Shown: positions 29,470 to 42,905, counted from the first letter of the stretch. The stretch: 64,000 nt of DNA from Geosiphon pyriformis uo1 (GCA_016748015.1 JAAOMT010000561.1:271504-335503); one strand, 5' to 3'. Notes: generated by a model from the letters alone, not told the origin. Numbers and translations are program-made.

Positions 29470-30050
29470 GAAACTAAACCCAGAAACATTAAGCGGTCCT
29501 ACCTACACAAACCCAAACAAACAGATTCGGCCATGGCTCTTATTAATCCTGTATTCTCCCTCTAAAAGGTGCGTAAATAGCCTCTGGTAACAACGGACGA
29601 ATTTTTCGCCTTTCAAATATATGAATGACCTTCTTTCGAAAAAAGCCCAACTGGCTGTTTCTCATTCAAAGCATAAGAAACGCAGGGTCCAGCAACTGGA
29701 AAAATTAGTCTCTACCACACGACGAAAGATTCTGCATCTGCAGAATGAAATCCACAGGAAAGCGATCGTGTTTTCACTCGTTGTTTGAGGTGTCAAACAT
29801 GACAAATTGTAGGTGAGAAAAGAATGTCTGGTAGGTACACTAATGTTTTCGTAAATATCTGATAGTCAAGGCCGAGGAGTTAAGAGTCGGTCTTGTCATC
29901 CAAAATGAGGTTTATGCATCTAAGGCTTGTGACTGGTTTAAATAAGATAAAAATCATTTGAAGGTCAGAAGTGTAAAACTGACAAAATTGCGGGGCTGTA
30001 ATGGACAGGGATGAAATGGTCTTCTTCTTAGGTCATGGACATACTCATGA
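29470..30050 (+). pseudogene. Fanzor2/TnpB-like RuvC nuclease pseudogene, C-terminal half
   Basis: Colinear motifs across frameshifts: LYSP (about 29550), GRIFRL (29595), MNDLLSKK...RRKILHLQNEIHRKAIVF (29621-29773), FEVSNM (29784-29801), FRKYLIVKAEE...VIQNEVYASKAC (about 29847-29930), NCGAVMDRDE (about 29986-30015), LLLRS. Confidence 0.85.
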
Positions 30051-30379
30051 AGACTTTGATCAAATTCTAAATTTTTTGATAATACATTAGAAAGTAAAGG
30101 ATATCTTTTTCAAACTTCAATGTTGATATAACGGGAAAACCTGAATCTACGCAAATGCTTCGTTCATACAATTCTATTCTTCACCGATAATGCATTCCAC
30201 AAAATGTTATATTGTTTAAATGTTAACATAAAAAAAAAAACTGAGTCTATTGCTTCAAATAATTATTTAATTTTAAAAATATTTACACCAATTTACAAAT
30301 TTTTTGGTAGAATGAAATTTTTTGTTTTAAAGATACCTCCATTTATCAATTATTGAAGTACCGATTCAAAACACACATT

Positions 30380-30620
30380 TTTGGGCTTGCCAGGTCTAAT
30401 AGGGGTTTAAGTTCCAGTCGTTTGAAATTGAGTGCTGAGCTGATATCATTGAGAAGTTCATAGGTTGGAAATCGAGAAAGGAGGTGTCGCTTTTGTCGCC
30501 GAAATGCTGTTTTGTTATCAGAGATATGCGTATTTTGGATGGATATATCTTTGGCGTTGATCTTTCCTTGCTTAAGTCAATGACGTTAGGTTGACGAGCA
30601 TTACTAAGCAACTGGGCAGT
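30380..30620 (-). other. Unidentified coding-like fragment
   Basis: GC-richer island with a 71-codon frame (..KHFGDKSDTSFLDFQPMNFSMISAQHSISNDWNLNPY); no ATG start and no family recognised. Confidence 0.3.
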
Positions 30621-31009
30621 ATTTTTTATTTATAAGCTTATTCAGCAAACATTTTCAGTGTCAAGAATCCTATCCTTTTTTTAAAAACAGCCAAAATAAT
30701 AAATTAGGGCCTGAACCAAATTACCGTCTATAACATTTTGCAAACTCCAAGTTTCTAACACAAAGAAAATTTTGCGCTTCAAAACTGTATTTTATCATTA
30801 TGAGGAATGATTTAAATATTTATCAAAAAAGGTAATAAAACTTTTCAAAGTTAAAAAGATATATTTGTGTGTGTATAATCCTTTTAAGCTACTTCTTTTT
30901 CATTACGAATGAATAGATGTATAATAGGAAATTACATCTGGACAAATTATAAAATCATATAAAAATTAAATTAATAATTATCGGAGCAGCTCCTATTACT
31001 TAAAACCAA

Positions 31010-31191
31010 CTCGACTAGCTCAACGGTTAGAGCACTAGGCTGGCACTTATGGCCTCAAGGTTCAATCCCAGCTTGTTATGACAAAAGTCATAATAACCTG
31101 TGAGTGTACATCAGATGACGTACCCTCAAACCCTTGAGATACAATACCTAAGTCCACCTAGAGATGTGTGGTTCAAGTCCACACGTCGAGA
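31010..31191 (+). ncRNA. tRNA-like gene with a 110-nt structured insertion in the anticodon loop (intron-containing tRNA, pseudo-tRNA or tRNA-derived repeat)
   Basis: Acceptor CTCGAC 31010-15/GTCGAG 31185-90; A-box TAGCTCAACGG; D arm GCTC/GAGC; anticodon stem CTAGG 31035-39/CCTAG 31157-61; T arm GTGTGG-TTCAAGT-CCACAC 31166-84. Nominal anticodon GGC at 31042-44. Confidence 0.8.
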
Positions 31192-33099
31192 TTAAATATT
31201 AAATTCTTGACTTCTTAAAAACGTTTAGAAAACTCGTTACAAAAAATGATTGTCTTTGATTTCTTATCAAAGAGAAAATCTGTTATCTGAGGATCTCGAT
31301 TCTTTCAGGGATCAGTTTTTTTTTTGAATTACCAGCAAGGTATTAGCTTTTGAAAGCTTTTAAAAGCTTTTAATTATTTTAACAAATTGGCATTTACTTT
31401 AAGGTATTAATCTGGTCTGGTTACATTTGGGCACTGTAAATCTTGACTCTTGAGCCATATTATAAGACCAAATATGTATTCTGAATCTGAAACCAATCTT
31501 CCATCCATAGGTGACACTTAAGTCTAAAGCATTCTTAGATAGTAAAAAAATGAATAATAACGATATAAGTAAAAGTATAAAATATGTTTGAAGTATTTTG
31601 AACCAAATATTTTTTTTAGGGATATATTTTATATGTCAATGTTTTTGAATGAAAATGCCCTATAAATTATTAAGGTATTTATTTCATCTCAATTAATTGT
31701 ACTAATTTGAATGTTTATAATTGGTATTATCTTATTCTGTATTTGACATATTTTTTTAATTTTCCAAATGCTAGTAAGGTTATTTTGAATTATTAGTTAA
31801 ACAGGTGTGTTTTAAATCAAGGTGTAATTTTCCAGTTGAGATGATTGATTCTTTGCAGAAATTCAGATCTTGAAATTTTTTAAATGATTTTAAATATTGA
31901 AAAATCAATATATATTTTTTATACATATTCATTAAATTGTTAGCTTTTTTTATAAATAGGTATTAAATAATTATAAAATTTTTAAAGTCACATGATAAAA
32001 TTCATAAATATTTAGTTTTTATTATTAAATAAAAGATGTTAATACGAGTAATCTTAACAAGTAAATATTTAATTATAATATATTTAAATATCAATGATAA
32101 TTTTTATATTATCACTATCTATGTAAAAACCCTAAAATTATTGAGAATTTTTTGGAAAATTAAAACAGGAGAAGCTGTAAATAAGAAGACACTTATACAA
32201 TTAATTCACGGTTTTACCAAAGTAAAAAATTTCTATATATTTTCAATGGTGAGCCAAAAAAAATTAGTGTTCTCAATACCTAACTGCTGAAAGTTTATAA
32301 TAACGAGTAAAATCTCACTGTTAAAATAATTCACGGTTGTAGCCAATTAGAAAAATCCCTCACCCATTTAAAAAAAAAACAATTCCTTTAAAAGCATACA
32401 CCTAAATATATTATTGTTTATGCTGGTCTTCTTCAAATTCAAAAATTTAGAATATTTCGGGATCATTAAGGTCAACAATAATAAGTTATAAATTTAATTT
32501 AGCACGACAAAATTGGATTTCTAGTAAACTGATACGAGCTATTTGTTTTAACGCAATTCTGAAAGACTTGAAATTCGACCATTTCCTCACTGCATTCATA
32601 AGGTCATATTTATGCTCTAGGTTACATGAAAATCATGTTTTTTTATACGATAATGCTATATCACTCCCGGCAACAATGAGATATCTAATACTTGTCATAC
32701 CATACTTATTTATTCTCCTCCAAGTAATTTTTAAAATTTCTTTTTCGTCATATGCAGACTGTTGAATCATCCGATCAAAAGCAATTCAATTTAACGTTGT
32801 GGAATCCCCTAAATCGATACCTTTTTTTTAAAGTGTCACCATCCTATTTTTAATTGGTAGCACTAAAATTACAAATAACCAATGGAGAATCATCACCCCA
32901 GTTTAATTCTGCAATGAAAAATAATATTTAGTATTGATTTCTGCAAACATTGTTAGTGACCTTTTGAAATCTTCACCTATCACGCTTTATTCTTTCCTTT
33001 TATTTTTTCCATAGCGCTTGTTTTTTACCGAAGAGAGAATTCAAGTTAATTTAAGTTTTCACAGTCCCTTTTAACTTAATTACCCATCATTTTAATAAA

Positions 33100-34657
33100 A
33101 TGACTTCAAAATACCTATCAATCTTATGCAATGATTTCGCACAAATGCTCGAAAATAGTGACGATTATAATGTGATCATCGAAGTTGGTGAAGCACCAGA
33201 TATTAGATTCTTCAAAGCACATAACAATATTTTGAAAGCGAGATGTCCATATTTCAGAGCGGCACTGTCCAGCAAATGGTCAAAATTTCATCCAGAAAAT
33301 GGAATGTTTGTTTTCAGAAAACCTAACGTGTCACCGGCTGTTTTTGCAATCATCCTAAAGTATTTTTTGGAAATCAATCTTATGAATATTTTTAAAAGAA
33401 TTCAATCTGATTTCAAATTGATTATTTAGATACATATATACCGGTTTACTTTCTCTTTCCGAGACTGCTAGCTACGACATAATGGATTTGCTGATAACAG
33501 CAGATGAGATGGTTTTAATGGACCTGTTTGACCACGTCCAGGAATATTTGATTTCATTTCGATCAAACTGGATTTTAAACAATTTCACTTTGGTTTGCTC
33601 CACCGCATTTCAATACGATCGATTCAACTTACTTCAAACTCATTGTCTCGATTTGCTATGCAAAGATGCTGCTCAATTTTTTCAGCCGGAATATATGTCC
33701 TTTGTCAATGAGACTTTTTTAATTTCTGTGCTGCAGCGCCCGGACCTGGAAATGGACGAAATTGATTTATGGAAGTACTTGATTGATTGGGGAATTGCAC
33801 AAACAAAGATACCTTACTCACGGGATGATTTATCGAAATGGTCTGATGATGAATTTTCAAAATTGAAATTAGCATTAGCAAATTGTATTCCATTAGTGAG
33901 ATTTTCCAATATTTTACCCAATCAATATCACCGACATATAAAAGCATTTCATCGTATTTTTCCTTGCTCCCTTCTCAATGAACTTCAACTCCATTTCTCA
34001 CCCAATAAAAGAATCTCTTTTATTGCTCCACCGCCACGAATGAACGGCATCAATTCTGTCCTACTAAAAACAAGACACTTGGCATTATTAGGACATTGGA
34101 TTGGTAGAAAAGACTCGAACCCATTTAAAGATGATAGCATAGTACACGATTTTCGAACCCTTCCATATCAGCTCAAACTCTTGTTACGAGGGACTCGAGA
34201 CGGATTTTCTCCTTCGGCATTTCACAATAATTGTGATAATCAAGAAGCGACAGTGGTAGTGATGAAGATTCAAAATAATGGACATTTGATTGGTGGATAC
34301 AATCCTTTTGGGTGGAATTCGGGAAATAAATGGGGGAGTGCACGGAATAGTTTCATATTTTCGCTTTCAGACGGAGTAAATTTACAGAATGCTATATTGT
34401 CTCGAGTTCAAGATCCAAAACGGGCGGTGTTATGCTCACAGGCTATCGGCGCATGTTTTGGAAGTGGAGATTTGGTAATGGGTGGCTACAGGGGGGATTT
34501 TGACATGGATTTGGCATGTTCCTCGAATCCTCAATCTTATGAACATCCGATCACCGATCTGGATCGGTTTTCTGTTGAGGAGTATGAAGTTTTCAAAGTG
34601 GTAAGGCGGTTGAAGACATGTCGAAAAGCAATCGATTTTGATCTAAGAGATGATTGA
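33100..34657 (+). CDS. BTB/POZ-BACK-TLDc domain protein, intact
   Basis: Exons 33100-33359 and 33430-34657; intron 33360-33429 gives ILK-YIYTG at the same position as in the pseudogenes. DYNVIIEVGE..FKAHNNILKARCPYF, LKLLLRGTRDGF, IGGYNP, FSVEEYEVF. Confidence 0.95.
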
Positions 34658-35293
34658 AAGAAATTTTTGGGCACTTAAATAACATTTATTCGGAATTTGA
34701 ATATGTACAGTTTAGTTATGAAAAAGCTGATCCCACCTAAAAGAAAAAGATTGATTATCTGTATAGCAATAACACCAAAAATAACTGATTATCGCAACTC
34801 TCCAGAAAAATTTTAATAATCAACATCACTTGTGAATCAAAAAATCTAAATAGATTACACCAATCTATACAACTCGAGCTTCTAACCACTGAGCTGAAGT
34901 AGCGGGGATTGGATTCTACATCTGTTTTCTCAAAGCTTAATCATCAAAATTGAACTGAGCAGAAAAAATCTCGTATGCACACCTACGATTTATTTATTTT
35001 TCCCATGTAATTCGGAAATCTGTAATGCAGTTCAAATTCGTTTACAAGTTCAATTCGCAATTACCTTGCATGAAATCATGCAGTTGAGTTTAAATTAGTT
35101 TCGATTACTTGAAATTCGTAAATGACTTCTAATGATAATGGGTAATTTGTATTGTAAAACCCATGAATTATGTGATAAATGGAAAATCTTTCCATTTTGC
35201 GGAATAGGTTAATTTCTTCTGCCACTATTAATCTACATTTCTTGGGAACCTGAAAAATCCCAACTTTTAATTTACAATAAAATGAAATATTTG

Positions 35294-37127
35294 TTAATTT
35301 TGATTTAATTTATCTTGGATGCTCAATGTTTCATTCTTTCTGTCATTTATGCCTGTTCTGTAAAATATCAAGAGAGCAAAACCTGTGAGAAAATTAGTGA
35401 CACCCATCCCCCCATATAGATAGGGTAACAGTGGATCTTTTGCTAATGGTACAAAAGGATAAACGAGGAGAGACCCAATTCCAGAGGAGAAAAGATAAAT
35501 TGCCATGATAAAACCTTTCATTGAAGCTGGGGCTTGATTAAAACTGTACTCGAGACTCGTAATTGCCAGGAAAACTATTCAAAAATTAAAGAGTCAGAAA
35601 AAGAAATTATCCCAAAAGATTAAATATTAAAAAGAGTAATATTTACCTTCGGATGACGCGACGAGCGCGTATATAGGAAGTTGATACCAAACGCTGATTC
35701 GATTTGGTACCTGTATTCCGTTAATAGTACAAAGAGTATTCTGATAGCAAGGTGGAGTGTTATAGATAATCACTTGCAATACTGCGGCATAAGCCATTGC
35801 GGCTGTGATAAGCATAAAACCGATAAACATTTGCATGATTGGGCTCGGTTCAATCTTGTGTTTTCGTAGAAATGGGAGAAAAATTTTATTCGCAAATGGA
35901 ACCAATAAACATAAAGCAATCGGATCAAAAATATTCATCAAATCATTAGGAATAAATCCTGTTTCCATTGTAGCGGCTTGTGAAATTAGATTAGTTCCCA
36001 TCTGAAAGTAAGCCATCCAATAAAATGATTGGAATAAAAGTACGCAACATGCGTGACAAGCTTGTCGCAATTCATCAATAAATTTATCGTCCCATGTGAT
36101 CTTTTCGCTTGAATATTCATTTGCTGTTATATTTGATGGCTTCGTATCTTCCAATTTCCATCCATGACCGATTGCCATTCTAAAGACCAACATAATTTTC
36201 CAGAGTTCAAGTCCCTTTGTGTTAGTTTTTAATAGACATCCACGAACTCGCAAAAGTAGCACTGATCCAATCAAGAATACAACTGTAGCAACCAAAAATG
36301 CCAGCCAGAAAGAATGATATTTTTCGATGCTGGTGGTAAAAACCGGGGCTAGGTAGCCAATTGCAAGAATCATGTAAAACCAATGGTACATTGAGAGAAT
36401 TGTGATTTTGGGATCTACGATTACTTTTTCTCCGGTTGAAAGAGTTCTAAGAAAAGGTTTCTTGTGTGGATATTGTTCTCCAACGAGAGCATACAAAGTC
36501 GACTGTAGACCATCACCCAAGCCCAGAACAATCATACCGATTATCACACCGGGAAACGCAAATCCGGCCTTGATTGCTGCAGGCGTCGCAGTGACCGTTA
36601 ATATGATCAGACCGAACACGAAAATAGCACTAAAGAGCATCATGGCGTTAAATTTGGTCATGTAACGGTCAGCGATCAAAGCGGCAATAATTGGGGTGGA
36701 CCATGACCAGAATAGAAAGAATGAGGTCAACGATGTAGCCATTTGTTGGCCTTTTCCTAGTGCACCGCTTTGTTGGCCAGGTTGATCAGGTACCGGAAAT
36801 TGGATGTAATTTTGAAATAAAAATGCTACACCAGAATACGCAAAAGCTTCACAGAAACAAAATGCGATATTGTACCACGCGGCTTTGGTGTAAAAAATTC
36901 AAATTATAAAATCGTGGTAGAAAAAGTTTTAAAATTTATAAAGACGAAAAAAGTATAATATATATGACAGCCCAAGTACCGGATGGTATATCATCTGACA
37001 CTCTTTTCAAAGTATCTAATTCAATTTGTGTAGGATATTCCAATTTCTTTTCGTTTGTTTCAGACAGTTCAAAGGTTTCATCGTTGTACAGTTCTTTAGG
37101 CGGCGAAAGAAACTTTTCATTTTCCAT
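35294..37127 (-). CDS. POT/PTR2-family (MFS) oligopeptide transporter-like protein
   Basis: Exons 37127-36980, 36882-35647, 35574-35294 in frame via GT..AG introns. TLKRVSDDIP, FQNYIQ, GALGKGQ, ALIADRY, EQY, ITWDDKFIDELR, NLISQAATM, LEYSFNQAPASMKG are fungal PTR2-type signatures. Confidence 0.95.
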
Positions 37128-38814
37128 AATGAAAGATGAAAATTAGTTTCTCTGTGACTGGTTGTGTGGTTTTATAGAATGTCTAGTTTTCGTCAGAATG
37201 TATTATCACCAAATGTAACATGCATGATACAGAAGCGATATACTATCTATCTATTATGCTATGTTAGATTAATATTTGCCGTTGGATATCAATCATTTTT
37301 CTTTTTAATTCAGTTTTAGTGGGCTTCACCATTTATCTCGATCTCAAAGCCCCTCTTCTACCAAATAAAAATACCCTACTGGTGTATTTTGATTGTAGAT
37401 CGGACAATATTTTTGTCACAGATATTTTTAGTAGATGAAGACTAAAAGCAAGTGTAACATGTGATTAGCAAAACAGTATAACAAAAGCGAGGATTTATTG
37501 CTTTAATACTTTTTACATTTATCTTGTTATAAAATATGAAAAAGATTAGAGATAAAGAGTAAAGCTAAGCTGTATATATTTTCCTTGAAAGAAAAATATT
37601 TATCGGTGATAAGTTTCAAGTTGAGTGGAAAATATTAATTCTTGCACAATAAAACCAATCACACAAACAAAAAAGGTTACTAATTTAAGCAAGGCAAAAG
37701 CAGGCTTAATGTCCGATTACTTTTTTAAGATTATATACAAATCTAAACTTTAAATCACATTCATTATTTTCGCAAAGGAATTTGAGGATTCTCTGGTTTC
37801 CAGTTTGAAACCATCCTGATCGAAATTATTTCTTCGTTACCAAGATTGTTACCATGGTCATTATTGCTACTTGTAGTAGTTCTTTCAAGAGTTCCTGGTA
37901 ATTTTAAATAAATTTCGTCTTCTTCCAGGTTCCCATGAAGAAAGTAAACGTAATTTTTCGTTATAGAAATAGTTTGAATTGATTTTTCAGTTATGGAAGT
38001 TTAAGAAAAAAGGTTTAACTATCGAATTGGATGAAGATTTAAACTAAAGCCTAACGTAAGTAAGAAGATTTCTATTCATAAAGTGTATTTTAATTTGTAG
38101 CAAGCATTTTAATAAACGTTTTTTATAATTATAATTATAAGTTACTTACTGGTGTAGATAAGCTGATCCAAAGTCTAAATGTTTCATAAATAGCAAAAGA
38201 ATCTCGTAGAAAGTTTCTAGAAATTAAAAATTTGGAAAATGAATAAATTTGATTAATTTTTGGCATAGATAGGGATATCAAAAAAAAAATTTATTACAAA
38301 TGGATTTATATATTAAAAATCTAATAAAAGTATTAGGCGTCCGTCTAAAGCGAAGCATAATTAGTTATCGGGAAAAAATATTTTTTTAAATTATATGATA
38401 AAGGTTAATTGTAAAATTTTGAAGTGCAAACGATAACCTAATTCGTTGATAGTATGAAAAGTATAACCAACCTAACTTATAGACAAGGTTTGGATTCGAA
38501 AAAAGATGAATTTTTAAAATACAAAAAAAAATCTCAAAATTGAAACCCAATTGCTGTTTTTTATATATTGAGAAAAATAAAAAGGAAATGAAAAGAAAAT
38601 ATCATGTATGTCGAAAATTAACCCATAAAAACTCTCATTTGTATCATCATTTCTTACAAAAGGAGAATTTCATACTAGATGTCTCTTTGATTCAACATTA
38701 AAACCCAAAAGGTTTAGAGTTTAATTCTCTTAAAATAAAAATTTCCAGATGGATCCATAACTCACCACTCCATAATCCGTATCGTTAATACCTATATGAA
38801 AATATCGTCTTGAT

Positions 38815-39580
38815 GAATTATTATTATTATTAGTATAAGTATTAGTATTAGTATTAGTATTAGTATTAATATTATTCTTATTCTAAACCTTTACAAAAAC
38901 TATCTTTCATAAAATCAATTCATATCTCTCTCTCTCTCTCAAATAAACCCTTATTGTCACACGCCTCATTGAATTCATCTTTTTTGCTCTATTGAATCGA
39001 ACTCTTAAAAAATATTTATTTCAAATGACACAACTATCACATGAAATCAAATCCCAATAGATGTCTTTTTTCGGAATTATATCCCCCTTATTTGCATATC
39101 ACCATCAATCACATTTTATCTTTAAAAAACTTTTTTTAACAATCAAACCTATATCAGGTACACAGACACACACACACACTTAGTTTTTAGTTGAGTCACA
39201 CAAGTGGTGGAACCATTCATAGAGGTTGGAATACGCACAAGAATAGGCCGAAATAGGAGAAAAAGTGAAAAAGAATACTTTATGTATTTTCTTGTAAGGA
39301 ATCTAAAACTAAAAAGTGAATATAATCACTTTTGTCATAGTGAACCTTGTTCGCAAAATTAGGAAATAGTCACTAACTTGAATCATTCTATTTTTATATT
39401 ATTATTTTAATACCATCAATTACATGTAAAATACATTTATAAATAGTAAAAAGGAAACAATTACAAATTCCTCAGATCAAAATAAATTCCTAAATTTGAC
39501 TAACCCTCCCCCAATATTATTATTCATTCATCAATTCATCCATCCATACATACATATATACATACATACATACATACATT
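38815..39580. repeat. Cluster of short microsatellites: (ATT)n/(TATTAG)n at about 38818-38870, (TC)n at about 38925, (CA)n at about 39165, (TACA)n at about 39547-39578
   Basis: Directly visible. Confidence 0.85.
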
Positions 39581-41327
39581 CAAAAGCGTAATTACTAGTT
39601 TAAAAACTTTAATGGAGTGAGGCAAAGAAAAACAGAGTCTGGTATTGCTAAAAGAAACGAGATTCCAGAACAAATAAAGAATTATTTTTCAAATTTGTAT
39701 AGGTATTTGGAAGATGATTTATTTTTAATATTAAAGATTTTCATCACTATGAATATAAAAGATTTAATTCATTTCTTAAGTAAAATGAATCTAGTTTCAA
39801 GGCTGCAACAGAAATATCATAGCATTGCTACAAGCTTGGAATCTTCTTTTCCAAATGTAGGAAAATCAAAAAACCTCTCAGATATATTTCCCAAATTTCA
39901 ATTTCAAAGATGTTGTACTTGTGTAAATGATTTTTTTTTTAGGAATACAACTATAAAATAATTCGAGTACAAAATCATCAAAATCAGAATCTCATTCAGT
40001 ATTTCAATTCCTTGTAATCGATTCATTAAGAAAGCGTTGTCATACGAAAAAGGAAATATTTTGGCTCATTGGTAAATGCTTGGTTTCCAAAATTTTCAAC
40101 AAAAATATTGAATTTTAAACTGTATAAATAAATTTGACTCATTTCTAATTTTTATTCTATCATGATATTTAGTCGAGCGGGTATTTCACGAAGTGCATCA
40201 GGTATACACTAAAAAATCAGATGTCAAATGATGAAATTCCCAACATATATTATTCTCTCTTTCATTCTCGTTCAGTAATCATCGTATGTGTAGTGAAATC
40301 AAAGGCTATGTCATACGAAAAGGCTCTGAAATTTCAATTGGAGTGAGATAAAGTTAGATTTTTTCTTTGATTAAATTCGATTATTTGGTATTCCAAACTT
40401 TTACCATCACTTCTAAAATATTCTTTGTAAATAATCTGAAAATTTATTATTTAAATAAGGACAACTCTATTAGATTCTACTTTTAAAATTTTGGTTTAAC
40501 ATTGACTTCTTGTGTTTATTTCTTTATGAAAGAAGGATATTACTTTTGAGGGAAAATTATTGATCTTTTTAATCCTTAAAAAAATATGTTCATTAAAGCA
40601 AAGAAAAATTTATCTCATCATATCATCAGATGACATAACATCCAATATATGTATACATGTATATATAAACATATATATTGTTTGAATAGAATCGCCCACT
40701 GTTTTAAACCCTGCAATTTTTTGATGAGATTTAGCATGGGCCGAAAACTTACAGATTGAATGTTTTAGCATTTGGTTTTTCATACTTTATTAAATTGTGA
40801 AACTTACCCATACTAAAATCTTTACACATGTACAAAAAAGTTTTTGGATCTTTGCATTGCATTGGGAATGAGAATGAAATTGGGATTATGATCGTGATTC
40901 ATCACCATTCGTAAGATCTCCATCTTTCCTATAGACTAAAGCTAGTATTAAATATCTTTAGGATTTTTTAAAGATTTTGCTTTTGGATATGAGACAAGAA
41001 GGTAAAAACTTTATTATTTAACCTCTATTGATTAATTTTATAAAAGGTTAGTAGGTAGCAGCTAGTATCTAATGATAGAGAAATAAAGTTTATCAATTAA
41101 TCTAGGTAAAACGTACTAGATTATAACGATCAGAATTTTTATTATATTTCTAAAAGAGATTTCAAGCAGAGTTGACTAAATAATCAAAAATTCAATAGTT
41201 TTCATTGTGAGCGTTTGAGAAATATTTTTAAATTTGTTAAGGGATGAATCGGTGGTATCGATAAAGTAGAATATAACTAAAGTAGAATATAGCCATGGAT
41301 GGATTAATTTTTATTATTTTAAAACTT

Positions 41328-41395
41328 GATAGAATATGATGGACTATGATGGAATATGATAGAATATAATGGAATATAATGGAATATGATGGAAG
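41328..41395. repeat. 10-bp minisatellite (GATGGAATAT-like), about 6-7 copies
   Basis: gatagaatat gatggactat gatggaatat gatagaatat aatggaatat aatggaatat gatggaa. Confidence 0.85.
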
Positions 41396-41598
41396 GAAAA
41401 AATTTGAAATAAACTCCTTACAGAACAGCCTTCTTTCTTTGTATTATATTGAGACAACTTTCAATAATTTTTTTTGTAAATTTTTAGACCTGATTTATCA
41501 TTTAACCTTATTATATTTTATATATACATCCATAAAAAGTTAATTATTTTAAGACTGAATACAAATCTAAAAAACCTAAATTAATTAAATAATACCAA

Positions 41599-41631
<33 letters not shown>

Positions 41632-42905
41632 TTTAATGATCATATCTTGTAATACCATTCTTCTTTCAATGCTTGAAACGTTTTTACCATTATTAGATTT
41701 TTATTATGCCTAAAAATTTTTACTTTCTAGAGATGTTATCATATCTCTATTTGAGAACTTTTATTATTAAAGTGAAAATGATAAATAAATGATTTTGGAT
41801 TTTACCCCAAAAGACTCTAACCATTTTTTAGAATTTTTTTTATTTTTGAAACATATCCAAACACTCATTCTCACCTCACTCGTTCATTTGCCCAATTCAA
41901 GTTTGTAATGAAATTAAATTCAGTATGGGGTTATCTTATTTAGAATTAAGCCTCTTGTGCATTGCCACAAGTTTTTCTTGATTGAGAAAAAAATTTTTTT
42001 TTAAATTTTCTTCTCATCTTTGATTTGATATTATTTGGTACAGTTGACGTAAGATTAGATAATGTGTATATATTTCAAATTGAGTTTATAAAATATTTTA
42101 GATCATTATATCTATATATATATATATAATGAAGTGATTTCTTTGAATCAGAAAAAAAAAATTAATAGCCGCCTTTTACTGCTTGAAATATTTGGCAATC
42201 TATTCAAAGACTTGAATAGTACATTTTTGATTATTATTATTATTGTACATGTATATAATTCACAAATATATGTAGATTCGAAAATTAGTTTCAATTTTTA
42301 AAACAACTTAGGTCAATTTCTTTAAGTTAAGGCCTCCTTGAAGTGTGGGAAGCAGACGAAAAATGGTTAGAATTATCGATTTTTTCAATTGGAAAAATTT
42401 TTTTTATTACTCATTCTTCCAAATTTTTTTCATCAGACCAATATTTGAGCGCAAAAATGTTTCCCCCGAGTTTAACCTTTCTGAATGAGATTTCGTCATT
42501 CTATTGTTCCTAAATATTTAATTTTATTTCATTCAGCCTCTCCTTTTTGATTAATTTTAATTAATAATCTTGCCAGACCCTATTTTTAACCAAGTCGGGA
42601 AAAGATTTTCCTCTTACCATATCTTTTGCCATGCATTTGAGTCTTTATTTAATAAAAACTTCCCAAAAAAGTAAGGGGCGAAAACCCTTATTTATTTCTT
42701 TTGCTCATACACTTACAAAAATAATATTCGAATGAAATGTTCCAAAAATTTAAAAGAAAAAAAGTTCCCTATTTACATATTTAACCTAAAAAATCTATGG
42801 AATACAAAGTTTAGATCTCAAACAAAATAACTTCAAAAAATATCCTTAAAATATCCTCATCTTATAGCTGCTTCCAACTTCATTCCTAATAACCACACAC
42901 CACAA

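Noticed and set aside
39617-40330. 114-aa ORF and the 15-bp direct repeat GTCATACGAAAAAGG (about 40039 and 40310)
   Set aside because: GTG start and no domain; the repeat pair has no other supporting element structure.
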